From the human T2T-CHM13v2.0 reference genome, Homo sapiens: DNA of 64,000 bases. The DNA lies in assembly GCF_009914755.1 (NCBI RefSeq), contig NC_060934.1; one strand, given 5' to 3'. Of this stretch, positions 27,846-40,215 are shown in pieces. The notes below the pieces were generated by a model that saw only the letters and a program-made list of their open reading frames with translations, made no database searches and was not told the origin of the DNA. The position numbers were made by a program, and so were the translations under genes. Positions within the stretch are counted from its first letter, which is position 1. Every line of letters starts with the position of its first letter.

Positions 27846-28414
27846 TTAATAATTTAAAATATTCTTAGATGACTACATTATTTATCCCCACAATGCAAAG
27901 AAAATACAAACTTATATTCACATATTTCATGTATAATGAGTTTGAGTGCATTTTAAATGTTATTGTCCCAAGGTAAATTTTAAAAATCTGAAATAAGAAA
28001 TTTCGTTTACGAAGTCTTTAGTGGAGTCGATTCTTTTGGTGTTTGGAAAATGTTTTTGCTGCATAAGCAGGGCAAAGTTTAAATTCTCCAAGCTTACTGC
28101 AATTTACCACATAGCCCTTTCCTTCAGAGAACTGCTTACAGGAAGGTACTGTCTTCCCTGGATGTTAAGTTACATTGAAATTAATAAAAGTTAATGAAGT
28201 CTTTTAGGAACTCCCTGTCTTTCCTGTGAGGTGCCATATTTAAAGTTAAGCTACTCCCCTTAAGCAAAACTTCAAGAATGTTATTTCCTGGTAACCAGCA
28301 TTTGCGTTACCTTGAGCTGTAAAGGTCCCCTCTGCAAGGCATTGAGTGACATTTTGAATACACACAAAGCAGTACTAGGTTACAATTTTTTCTTTTTTGC
28401 AAACATTACTTTGA

Positions 28415-28774
<360 letters not shown>

Positions 28775-29982
28775 ACTTTTTGATAATACTGTATTTAAAA
28801 CACAATTCTCCTTTGTTCAACTCTATTTGGAAGAAATGAAGAGTGAAGAGTGATGGTGTGAGAAATCTAAATCACTTTAGGGAGCTCTAGAATACACTAT
28901 ATTTTATCATTATAATTGGAAGGGCAATTGGACAAATGGTTAGAGATTGACATTTCTGCATTGTTTATCACTAACTGGAGAGGCATAGTCAGAAGGAGAA
29001 TGGTGGAAATCGGCCTTTGGGCACTATTCTTTGTGCAACAGAGCAGGGCTCATAGAAATTCTGGGAAACAAGCAAGGCAAAGAGAAGGAAGTGGAAAAAA
29101 GGATGACTCTGCTGTTCTCAGGCTGCAGCATATACTGCTATCCCTGCTGCCAAGAATTTGAAATAACAATGAGCAGTGCAGAATATGTATTGCAGAAGTA
29201 CTTGACATCAGATAATCCGCATAGTTGGAAAGTAAGATGTTTCCTTTCCCCTTGCAAAAAAGGCAAAGTGCTAGTTCTTCCAAAAGCCATACTCTAAGAG
29301 TATTATATAATATTCATTTTAAATGATTTGAAGTAATTTTAATTGGTACTTACCTGGGAGGCTATATCACTCTTCATTTCACCGTCTCAAAATGGCATAG
29401 TGAATTGCCTCTCATTGGCAGTTGCGACAGTAGGATAAGACAGGATGATATATACAAATGACTTCTTCTTCAGAAGAATCCATCCAGAAGAATTGTCAAA
29501 TTATTTTTAAATGGCTATAGTTCTTATTGAAACATTGCAAGAGAAGTTTAAAGTCTTCACTTGCATTGTTTGACATTGTTATTTGGCAATTCTATCATAA
29601 AATCCTGGAACGTTTGAGCTGGGATATACTTCAGGTGCTTTCTTTTCAAAACTCTCACCTTTTCCAAATGAGATAAGAGAGATCCAGAGAGGCTAGGTAA
29701 CTTGAGGAATAAACTCCAGGATAAAAGAAGTTGTCAGAAATCCAAAAGATCACAGTTTTTATAACTATGAAGAAGACAGAAGGGTGTCTAAGATCTCTTC
29801 AATATCAACAGATAGGAAATTGGAGGTCAGAGTAATGGAAAGAAGGGAACAGGTTTTTGAGAGAAGAAACATTTCAATGACTTTGGTTACGGTGTTACAG
29901 AAATAGTACTAGTCTCATTTTGAGGTGTTTGACAGAAGAGTTTTTGGATGACAGTAATGCAGTTTTTGTATATGAAATATAG

Positions 29983-30134
29983 GGCCAGATGTGGTGGCTC
30001 ATACTTGTAATCCCAACATTTTGGCAGGTTGAGGCAGGAGGATTGCTTGAGGCCAGGGGTTCAAGAACAGTCTAGACAACATAGCTAGACTCTGTCTCTA
30101 CAAAAAATTAAAAAATTATAGCTTGGTGTGGTGG

Positions 30135-30138
<4 letters not shown>
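29983..30138 (+). mobile_element. AluJ, 3'-truncated just inside the right arm
   Basis: Left arm, linker and GGTGTGGTGGCACA, then runs directly into (TA)n. Confidence 0.88.
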
Positions 30139-30186
<48 letters not shown>

Positions 30187-30545
30187 TATATATACACACA
30201 TATATATACATATATATACACATATATATACATATATATATACACACACACATATAGATATACATACACACACACACACACATATATATATATACTCACA
30301 CACACATAAAGTTTCAAACCATGAAGACAAATTGCCATGTACGATGACATCAATAAAGGTATTAGGTAAGACATATTTTTTTTGCATCTATAGGCAAAAC
30401 TTTATATATTATACATAATATATATTTTATATGTAATATATAATATGTTATATATTTATATGTTATATATAAATTATATATATATAACACTATATATATA
30501 TTTTATATATATATATAAAAAAATATATATATATATATATATATA
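30137..30545. repeat. (TA)n/(CA)n microsatellites flanking a ~100-bp unique insert
   Basis: R/Y run 30137-30307, unique 30308-30403, AT run 30404-30545. Confidence 0.93.
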
Positions 30546-31299
30546 GCCATGCTCCCATTCTGAACAACTAACTGGGAAGGGCTAAAAGGGACTAATTAGA
30601 CCCAAAGTGAAAAATATTTTGCATTTATTTAAACCCTACATTTTGAGTAACTCATATTTTCCAGATTCCCTGTTGGTAGTAGCCCCAGCAAGAGGAAGGA
30701 ATATAAAGGAAGAGTCAGCAATCTTCACCTCTGTGATTTGGATACAGAAACCAGGACTCCAGGCATTCAGCGACAGAAACCAAAACCCACTTCCGTCTGC
30801 CCCAGAGCACCTTCTTGCTCCTTAGTGCTTGTTTGATCACAGCACAGGCGACCAGAATCAGCAGGGGAGCATGAAGGGCCTTGGTTGCCTTGGCAATAAT
30901 TTGTCCTTTGGCAGGGCTTAAGGAAGTGGGAAGGGTTGGGGGAAAGGGTCAGCCACACTCTTGAAGAAATCACAGCTCTGTAAGCTCTCTTGACAAATGT
31001 CATGACCTGGTGACTATTTCCTTGCCCTGTGAGGAATTTCTGATAGCCCTGAGATTATTTTGCAGCTCTTAGTCTCAACAAAACAAAGATGTGAGCTCAT
31101 AATGATCACATCTTAATAAAATCTCCCTTATGTACATAATGTGTTTAAAATGATTGTCATTATGCTGGTTCATATTACTTTATTCATAGAAATTATAGTG
31201 TTCCATTTTAAAGTGTGGATTATTTGCATGATATTAAAGCAATCTTTAAATTGATTAAGAAAGCAATTGAGGAATTGTTGAGCAGGCTTTCTGTGGAAA

Positions 31300-31765
31300 A
31301 GGGTGCTGATGGCACCTCATATTCACTCTCTCCTTCTTTCTTGGGAGCAGAATCTCTATTTTAGCAGGGAACATGGCCACCATGATAAAAGACTGCATTG
31401 TCCAGGTTCCTTGCAGTCAGATAGGGCCACATGACTAGGTTCTAGCTAAGACAATGTAAGCAGAACTGTTGTTTGGGTCCTCCAAGAGGTCTTCTTGAAA
31501 GAGAGGAGTGTGCCCTTTCTCTACCTCTTCTCCTTCTGAATTCAGGGGAGATAGCTGGAATTCAGGATCAACCTTGAACCTGAATGTAATAAGGGAAAGA
31601 TATGGAGCAGTGAGAGATGACGTGGACTGCTGACACCAGTGAGCTCCACACCAGCTTTGGCCCCCCTGCTGCTGGACTTCTTTAGGTGACAGAAAAATAA
31701 ATGTAATTCTCATTAACTTGGAGATCACCAGATACATTCAGCTGAATGCAAACCTAAATAATATA
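31300..31765 (+). mobile_element. MLT1J-like MaLR LTR
   Basis: GGCCACATGACTAGGTTCTAG..AATGTAAGCAGAA..GCTGGACTTC..GAAAAATAAA..CAGCTGAATGCAAACCTAAATAATATA. Confidence 0.75.
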
Positions 31766-33266
31766 GATCTTAAAATAGTATGCAAACACTTAGCTCCTGT
31801 AGGAAAATCATCAAGCAAAAAGTTTTGCCCATAGACACAAAAAATATGTCTTACCTAATACTTTTCTGATGCCATTGTACATGGCAATTTGTCTTGGTGA
31901 TTTGAAACTTTTTGTGTCGTAACATTGAATTTTTGAACCAGATTTCCCTTTATATGCTATATGGAGCCTTGGGAGAAATACCAGACCAGTAGTTCAGGAG
32001 CTTGAATTCAGTGCCACCTGAGTCATTTTTTTAGCGCTATGCTCTTGAATAAGCCATCCTGATCTCAGTTTCTCTCCGTGTAAAATAAAACTTCTGGACT
32101 AAACAATTCTCTAAGCTCTAAAGATCTATAAATGTATGATAGTGCCTATTTCTTTTTAAAACCACTAAAACTGATTCTGGGCCCTAGTCATACATGTAAA
32201 TATATGTGCACAAATACAGAGTATCTGGTATATGTACAGAATTATTCAACTTTTTATTACGTAGGGTATGTGTGTATTGGGGGGAGGACCACAAAGCTCA
32301 TCGTCAAAGAGTCTACATTTTAATTGTGTAGAAAATGAGGCAAACATCGAAGCATAAAATTCTGAGTAAATCCTGTTTCCTGACTCCTAGTTCAACACTG
32401 TCTCTTCTATTTCATATCCCTTATCTCACAGAGCTTCACATATTAAACGGACAGAGGCCTACTAGCTCTGTGGTTTACAGAACTCTTTTAAAATTCCAAC
32501 AATTTTGTTTAATGCCATGAAATACAGTTCTACTCTATGATTACCCATGTGAGACTAATCCACTTGCTATGATAACAGTCATTCAACCTCTCTCTAATTA
32601 ACATTAACTGTGCTTCATCTCACTTTTAAAGCTATATATCCATGAGGGCAAAATATTCTATTGTTCACTGAATACCCACGTATTAAAACAATTAATGGAA
32701 CAATTAAACCAGAAAACATTTTTATGGAGGAAGTGAGTTTTGATCCAGAGTTTTAGGGAGGTGATAAATGTGGGTTGTCAGAGAAGTGAGGAGGTTGCCT
32801 TAAAGGGCGTGAATGTTATTTGCAAAGACATCAGGCTGTGGATGATCAGCAGCACAAGGCAGATGGTACAAGGTGGGGCTAAAGAGAGTGGGATCTCAGA
32901 GCTTTCCTGCTGTTCCTTTGCTGCCTTGGCTTTCTTATTAGCATGAAATACTTGCTTTATGCCCAGTGTTTGTTTGGAGTTGGATGGCACTCATGTAGAA
33001 GAGAGATGGATAAGAATATGATGCTGGTGGAAGTAATTTTAAAGATGAAGAGCAGAGAATGGCAAAATCATCGCTGTAAGAATGTGCCCCCTTTGTACAA
33101 GAGATATTCCATTTGCATATTTAGGTTTCATGCTTCATTGTGTGCTTATGTTGTGTGGGTGAGATAAAGTTGCAGAAGGAACTTAGCATTGCCTGACTTG
33201 TGAAAATTAAGTCAGCCGTGTCTTTCCACTAATAAAGTATCTTCATGGGCTTAATTTTCTTGCAGC

Positions 33267-33270
33267 TGTG

Positions 33271-33310
<40 letters not shown>
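33267..33310. repeat. (TG)n microsatellite
   Basis: ~22 dinucleotide units with one CG interruption. Confidence 0.97.
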
Positions 33311-33311
<1 letters not shown>

Positions 33312-35189
33312 TACTAAGTGAAGAGAAAGTAAATAGGCAGTGTATTTATTGCAAGCAATGTGTTTACCTGCATGTATCATCACTGAAATTATCAGTTATT
33401 AGAAGTGGAAAGTCATGTGTTTTAAGTGTCAGTTCCAGTCAACTTCTTTTGCAGCACAAACCTGCCCAACAGGGTCATGATGGTTCCTAAGCACTGATTT
33501 GGACATGGTCACAGGAATACAGCACAAGAATAAAGCCCCATGTTCAGGTGGCACAGGCTGCAGCAAACTAGACTGGCCAACTCAAAAGAATGCATGCAAA
33601 CCACAAATCAGAGTGAGCACTGGTTTGTGTTTTCTAAGAGAGGCATGGAAGCAACTCTTCTTCCTGGGCCATATTCCAAAGGTCAAACACAAATGATGGG
33701 GAAAACCTTGAGAAGCAGAAGGAAGCAGGGCCTTTCCCACTTGGCCCTTCTTTTAATAGCCAGTTTCTTGGATTCCTTTCCTCATGCTCCTCCATCTACC
33801 GATTCACACATACACATATAGTTGGCATGAATTTGCTCCACAACAAATACAAAAACATTGCATTGCTTTACATTTCTATATGTAATAAAAATCTGTTTTT
33901 GCCTGTTAGTTAGGTTTTACCTCTGACACCCAACATCAGTCATAGTGGGAGGCCTGTTTACCTGAGGGTGGCTTAAGAGTCTCATGGTGTTCTGCAGTTC
34001 AAAAAATTAGGAAGGGGCCTCCAGCTCTTTCGGCCATCAGGATCACTGCTGAGATGCGTGTTGTCCAAACCCTTGGGGCCTAAGCCACCAAAGGAGGTAC
34101 TTCTCCCACTGCATGGAATGTGGCCATCATCTTCCGTGTCTCCTGAAGCCCCTGCTGCTTGTGTTCAGGCTACAGCTACTCAGACCATCCCATCAGATCT
34201 CCTAGACAATAAGTAAGAGCGGGTGCAGGCACCACAGCTCCACACATTCACCACTCATCTCCTTACTCAGTTCCCACTCATTTTCATTTCCTAAACTCAA
34301 AACTATAGTCTCCATCCCTTTCCTGTCAGGAAAGACTCACCCTAACTCATCTCTTTAGTTTGTAACAGACTCCAAAGCCTGCATAGGGCTTTTTTCAGGT
34401 TTCTGGCAGTTTCTGTTTTCAACTCATGAACCTAAAAGTTCTGGAAGCCCTAAACTCAGAACTCAAGGGGCTGTGCTACCTAGAAAAAGGACTGATAATT
34501 TTGCCTTATATATGTTTGGATCTGATTGCAGTAGCAGAAACAAGACATAAACTTTATTTTAATAAATTATCTTGAACACACACATATCAGAGTGGGAATT
34601 TGTGCCAATAGGGAGCAGACAAACAGGAATTTTTTGACTTGTGGAAAATTTGCAAAATTGATATTTGTCTTTATTATTGTTGCTGATGTTGTTTTGTGTT
34701 AGAAGGAGCAAGACTTTTCTTAAGGTCAATTTGACTGATAAGTCAATAGGCAGAATCAACAGGTTGTTTCTGCATCACAGACCTACAAACCTCTCGTTCC
34801 ATTTGTCAGATTGGGGTAATTGTACTTCCATTCTGGTGGTGTGGTAGAGAACATTATGTCCCTTGATTGCTTAAAGAAACAAAATGCTTTGCTTAAGTCT
34901 CCCACAAGGATGGAGAGGTATTTAGCACAGAGTTTTTCCCACAGAGTTTTGTAAGAATAAGAATGAATCAAGTATTTACAATAATGATATGTATCTTGAG
35001 AATGAGCCCCTCTAGATTACTAAGTTTATCCTTTGATCTGAAAACATAACAATGATTGAAAAATCAATTAGCACATATACCATATGTCTAAATTTAGCCT
35101 AAATTAAAGATGAGGGAAGCACTTTTTTATTAGGAGTTATTAACCTATGTGTCCCCAAATTAAGCAGGATTTAATAGAATTTATGCTTG

Positions 35190-35822
35190 CATTCATTTTT
35201 TATTGCTACAGTAACAAATTGCCTGTGAGATAATAAATAAATGTCTTAAGCATGCTTCACCTGGGTCCTCTGCTTAGAGTCATGCTTCACCTGGATCCTC
35301 TGCTTAGAGTCTCACAAGGCCCAAGCCAAGGTGTTGGCAGGGCTGTGTTCCATTCTGGAGGCTTTGGGGGAGATCCACTTCTAAGCACATTCAGGTTGTT
35401 GGGAGAATTCGGTTCGTTACGGTTGTAGGACTGAGGTCCTGCTTCCTTGCCTGCTCTCAGGACAGCTGGGGACCACCCTTGGCTCCCAGAGGCTCCCTCT
35501 GATCCTTGCCCATGGGCTGCTCCATCATGTGATTTCCTCCATCTCAGAGCCAGCAAAAGTTTGAGTCCTTCTTACGCTTAGAATCTCTGACTTCCTCTTT
35601 TGCTGCATCTCTTCTGCCCCTAGAAGAGATGGCAGAGAAAGGTCTCCACCTTTAAGGGCTCATGTAAGTGGAATGGGCTCACCTAGGTAATCCAGGATAA
35701 CTCCCTCAAAATCTGTAACTTTAATGACATCTGCAAAGTCCCTCTTGCCATGTAATAAAACATATTCATAGGTTCCAGGGATTAGGGCGTGGATATGTTT
35801 GGCAGGGGGTTTGGCCTACCAA
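35190..35822 (-). mobile_element. MLT1D/E-like MaLR LTR with internal micro-rearrangement
   Basis: TATTGCTACAGTAACAAATT..AAGGTGTTGGCAGGGCTG..GGTTGTAGGACTGAGGTCC..ACATCTGCAAAGTCCC..AGGTTCCAGGGATTAGGG; 30-bp tandem duplication 35251-35310. Confidence 0.85.
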
Positions 35823-36162
35823 GATGCCTTTTCGTAGAAAAATGAATATAAAACATTAAACCCCCCTACTTTTAAGTTAGAAAACAAAGAATATAAAAGT
35901 ATTCAATAAGAGTGACTAAAATATCAAAACTTTGTTTTAGTTCGGGGTAATGGCAAGTTGGGATGGGCCTGATAGAATGGAGGGAATATGAAATCTAGAA
36001 GGAAGATTTTTGTTTTAAAAAGGGGTGGAAGGGAAGTAGAAAGTTGCATAGATGGAGAAGAAAAGAGCCACAGAAAGACAAAGAGGGAGGAAGAAGAGAG
36101 GGGGGGAAAGGAAGGGAAGGAACTGAAAAGAAAGGCAGAGGGTTGATGAAAGAGGAGGGACA

Positions 36163-36469
36163 CACCGGGCATGGTGGCTCACACCTGTAATCCCAGCACT
36201 TTGGAAGGCCAAGGCAGGTGGACAACTTGAGCCCAGGAGTTCAACACCAGCCTGGGAAATACAGTGAAACCCCATCTCTACAAAAAATACAAAAAATTAG
36301 CCCAGCGTGTTGGTGCACACCTATGGTCCCAGCTACTTGGGAGGCTGAAGTGGGAGGATCACTTGATCTGGGGGTGGTAGAGGTTGTACTGAGCTGAGAT
36401 CATGCCACTGTACTGCAGACTGAGTGACAGGAGTTAAGACCCTGTCTCAAAAAATATATAAATAAATAA
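36163..36469 (+). mobile_element. AluJb-like
   Basis: Full dimer; exact 14-bp TSD AAAGAGGAGGGACA at 36149-36162 / 36470-36483. Confidence 0.95.
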
Positions 36470-36520
36470 AAAGAGGAGGGACATTGTATAAAGGCTAAGA
36501 AAGATACATAAAGATATGTA

Positions 36521-36966
<446 letters not shown>

Positions 36967-37929
36967 TTATCATCTATTGGGGTAACATATTCTCTAATTT
37001 TCCTAAGACAGCTCCAGATTACGCTAATTATCCTGGCATATTTACTAGTGGCATCCTTTTCACTCTCATAAATGTCCTGATTTGGACAAGGTATTACATA
37101 GTAATCCTTCCTTAATATGGCTCCATTTGAAAGGTACATTATCTGCTTACCATTTTTTGCAGTGTTTAAGATGTTATCGGGAACATCTGCTCCACATGGT
37201 TTGGTCTCAATTCAGCAAAATGCATGAAATTTATCAGTGACTGACTGAGGTCCTTGAATCAAGTTTCCAATTCCTGCACGCACCTTTTGTTTCTATTTGT
37301 CTCTGACATTCACAGTCTGCAAACCCTATTAGTGGTATTAGAAAACGTCTGCATCTTTTCTTTTAAGTTAATTTTCTTTCTCCACTTGTAATATATCATT
37401 GCATAACACATAGTTTAAAGTGTAATCCTATGCTTTTTGGTGGGAGAAAAATGAACGCTCATTATCTCTTAGATGTTAACTCAGAACATACTTTCTTGTA
37501 TTTTAGTTTTTTTACATTAAAATGTCAGCTTTTCCTTATCTTTGCATCCTCTTTAAATGGTTTAAACTCTTAGAAGTTACATTCTTGTTTGCATGCTAAT
37601 TAATCTATATTGATGAACATATATGTAAATAATAGTGATAAATAAAAGAGCATCTGACCAATAGAAAAGCTAACTGGCTTTAATGAGACTGTATTTCAGA
37701 TTGATTTTGGTTATTAAACCACATACAGTGCTCTTGCCTTCCAGTAATTACACTAAGCAGAACTGGTTATTTGATGATGAGACAGTTTCCATTTTGGTTT
37801 AAGTAAAATTGATTTCCATGAACTACAGTTTAGTTCTGAATAATATATGCGTTATTCTGGATTGCTAAGCACTTAGGAAATAGTGGATAAGAGAAATATT
37901 CAATTCGCCACAGATGAAAATAACAGTAA

Positions 37930-38200
37930 AAAAATAGTGGTAAAACGTGGATTTTTGAGTCATGCAGACTGAGATCCAATGCTGACTTTGTTCCTTAGGA
38001 ACTGGAAGACCTCGCACAAGTCACTCATTCTTTCTGACACTCGGTGTTTTTATGGGCAAAATGGGGTTAGCAGTATCAACCTGGGGTGGTGGGGAGGAAT
38101 GTGATGCAGATTAAATGAGATTGCTGAGAAATAACCAGCCCAGTTTCTGGTACACAGAGATAAAAAATTGTTAGTTACCATCTCCTTGCCTCCTGGGGTG
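37930..38200 (+). mobile_element. MIR
   Basis: GAGTCATGCAGACTGAG..GACCTCGCACAAGTCACT..AAAATGGGG..GATTAAATGAGAT. Confidence 0.72.
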
Positions 38201-38576
38201 GCCAGTATGCTAGTATGTTAACCTCAGCCTCTGCATCCAACTTTAACCTGAACCCTAACTTTGTGATGTAAGAGTGAGTTGAGTCTATCTAGATTTAACA
38301 TTCTTTTATATTGCACTAGTTATGTTTGAATTTTTTTTTCAGTTACACCCTCCAGGTCTACTAAAAAAAAGTGTAAGTAGTTAATATGATTATTTTCTAA
38401 AGCAATAATAAAAATGCTTTTTAAAAAGATTAGAAATTTGAAATTTTATAACAGGTTTAGAAAACAGTAGCATCTTATTATTTACATTAGATTTGACATG
38501 TCAATAGCAAATGATACTTTATTGTAGTTCAAAGGTTTTACCACTAAGAACTTGATAATTATTCTTCTCAAAAGTA

Positions 38577-38662
38577 AGCTGGGCATGGTAGCATGTGCCT
38601 GCAGTCATAGCTACTCGGGAGGCTGAGAGGATAGAATCGCTTGAGCCCAGCTAGGAGTTCGA
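38577..38662 (+). mobile_element. FLAM/FAM-like Alu monomer fragment
   Basis: GCTGGGCATGGTAGCATGTGCCTG..GCTACTCGGGAGGCTGAG..CGCTTGAGCCCAG. Confidence 0.75.
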
Positions 38663-39288
38663 TAAAAGAAAACAGCCTTGACTGGTGATTTGAAAGCACC
38701 GTCAAAACTCCCTGCATTTCCTTTGGTGCTTGGTTTATGACTCCTCCTCAGAGATGCTCTTGTCCATGGTGCTGACCTCCTGATTCAAGCTGTGGATGGA
38801 GTTCAAGTAGCGGACGGCCAGGGTGTCCCTTCCATGCTGGGAACATAAGGAGCGTCCTGTGGTGTGTAGTTGCTGTTCTTCTGTGTTCAGTCTGTTGTAA
38901 CTTTAAAGCTCTTCTTCGACTCCTCAAATGCTCCAAGGGCTATCATATTCTCGGTTACTATTCTGTAAACTCCCCACATGCAATGTTCTGTTTCATGCTG
39001 TGGGTCAGAGCTTCGTGAACTGTTTCTCTGGTCCAACTCACTCATGGTTGTTGAGAGTCAAGTCCCCTATAGTGATATCTTCACTCATTCATTCCATAAA
39101 ATTTTACTGCCCTTTTATGTAGACTCTTGTCATGGGCACTATGGACAAATAAAAGGTGAATATGACTTAGTCCCTGACTTTTAGATACTTAGAATCTGGT
39201 GAGAGGTGAAGAGGGAGATCAGCACACAAATTCAGGAAAGTGAGGCAGAATTAAGTAACTTTATAGGACAGGTGCAGTGTGAACCTAT

Positions 39289-39462
39289 AGTGATTCTCAA
39301 CCCTGACTACACATCGGAATCACCTGTAGGGCTTTGAAACATCCTGCCACACATGCTTCATCCCAAACAAATTCAGAAGCTCTGGGAATAAGGAGTGAAG
39401 GCATCAGTGTTTTTAAAGCTGATTCCAGTAATTCAATGTGAAGACAAAGTTGAGAACCACTG
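39289..39462. mobile_element. MER5A/B (hAT-Charlie MITE)
   Basis: TIR-like ends AGTGATTCTCAAC...GTTGAGAACCACT; GAATCACCTG. Confidence 0.8.
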
Positions 39463-39669
39463 GCCTAAGGAAGAGCCTGAAAAACTTTCACTGGCTCTGT
39501 GGCAGGCTGATAGTAAAATCTTAGGTACCTTTGTTTCCATTGATTTCTTGCACCTGTCCTTATATTATTATTGGACTTTGATGTCCCTTACTTTCGTGTT
39601 GATAGGGAACATGTGTAATTAGTATATACTCAATAAACGTTTGTTTGTGGATAGATGAATACCCATTCT

Positions 39670-40215
39670 TAATGCTTCCTTCTTTTTAACAGCAAACATT
39701 TATTGAGCATCTACTATGCCTCAGGCACTGTACTGAGTAGTGGGAACAGAGCAGTAAGGACGATTGTGTCTCTGCCTGGATGCCTTGTGTTTCTCACATT
39801 GCATCTTCCCCTCCAGCAGAACTATCTGGGGAGCTTGTTAACAGAGCAGGCTCTTGAATTCCTCCTCAGCCTATTGACTAAGTCTTTGAGGGTGAACTTC
39901 AGTAATCTCTGCTCACAAGCCGCCGGTATGATTCCTGTGTGCACGACAGCCTGAAATTGCTGAGTAACGGCACATGCAAAGCCATGACAACAAGACAAAG
40001 ACAAATGAAGAGGGCTGTTGGTGTCACATCAGAAAGGGTGACTTCCCCTGGGGGGAGGTGGCCTCTAGGTGGTCTTAAAGGATGACTGTTTGCCCAGGGA
40101 AAGAATGGGAAGGAAAGTACTTCAGGCCCAAGGAAGATGACCTGTGAAGTCACAGAGACACAGTGAATACAGCATGTTGTGGAGAATTGAGCCAGATTGT
40201 GAAGAGCCTTTTGTA
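39670..40215 (-). mobile_element. L2 3' fragment with a nested MER5-like element (~39785-39962)
   Basis: AACATTTATTGAGCATCTACTATGCC..AGGCACTGTACT..; GAAGGTGAC-like and GGTCTTAAAGGATGA L2 motifs. Confidence 0.65.

Noticed and set aside
29347-29357. TACTTACCTGG, matching the U1 snRNA 5' end or a perfect - strand donor
   Set aside because: U1 similarity stops after ~11 nt, there is no convincing partner acceptor, and one such 9-mer is roughly expected by chance in 64 kb.
39028-39045. MSELDQ resembles the G-protein beta N-terminus
   Set aside because: Similarity ends after six residues and no WD40 repeats follow.
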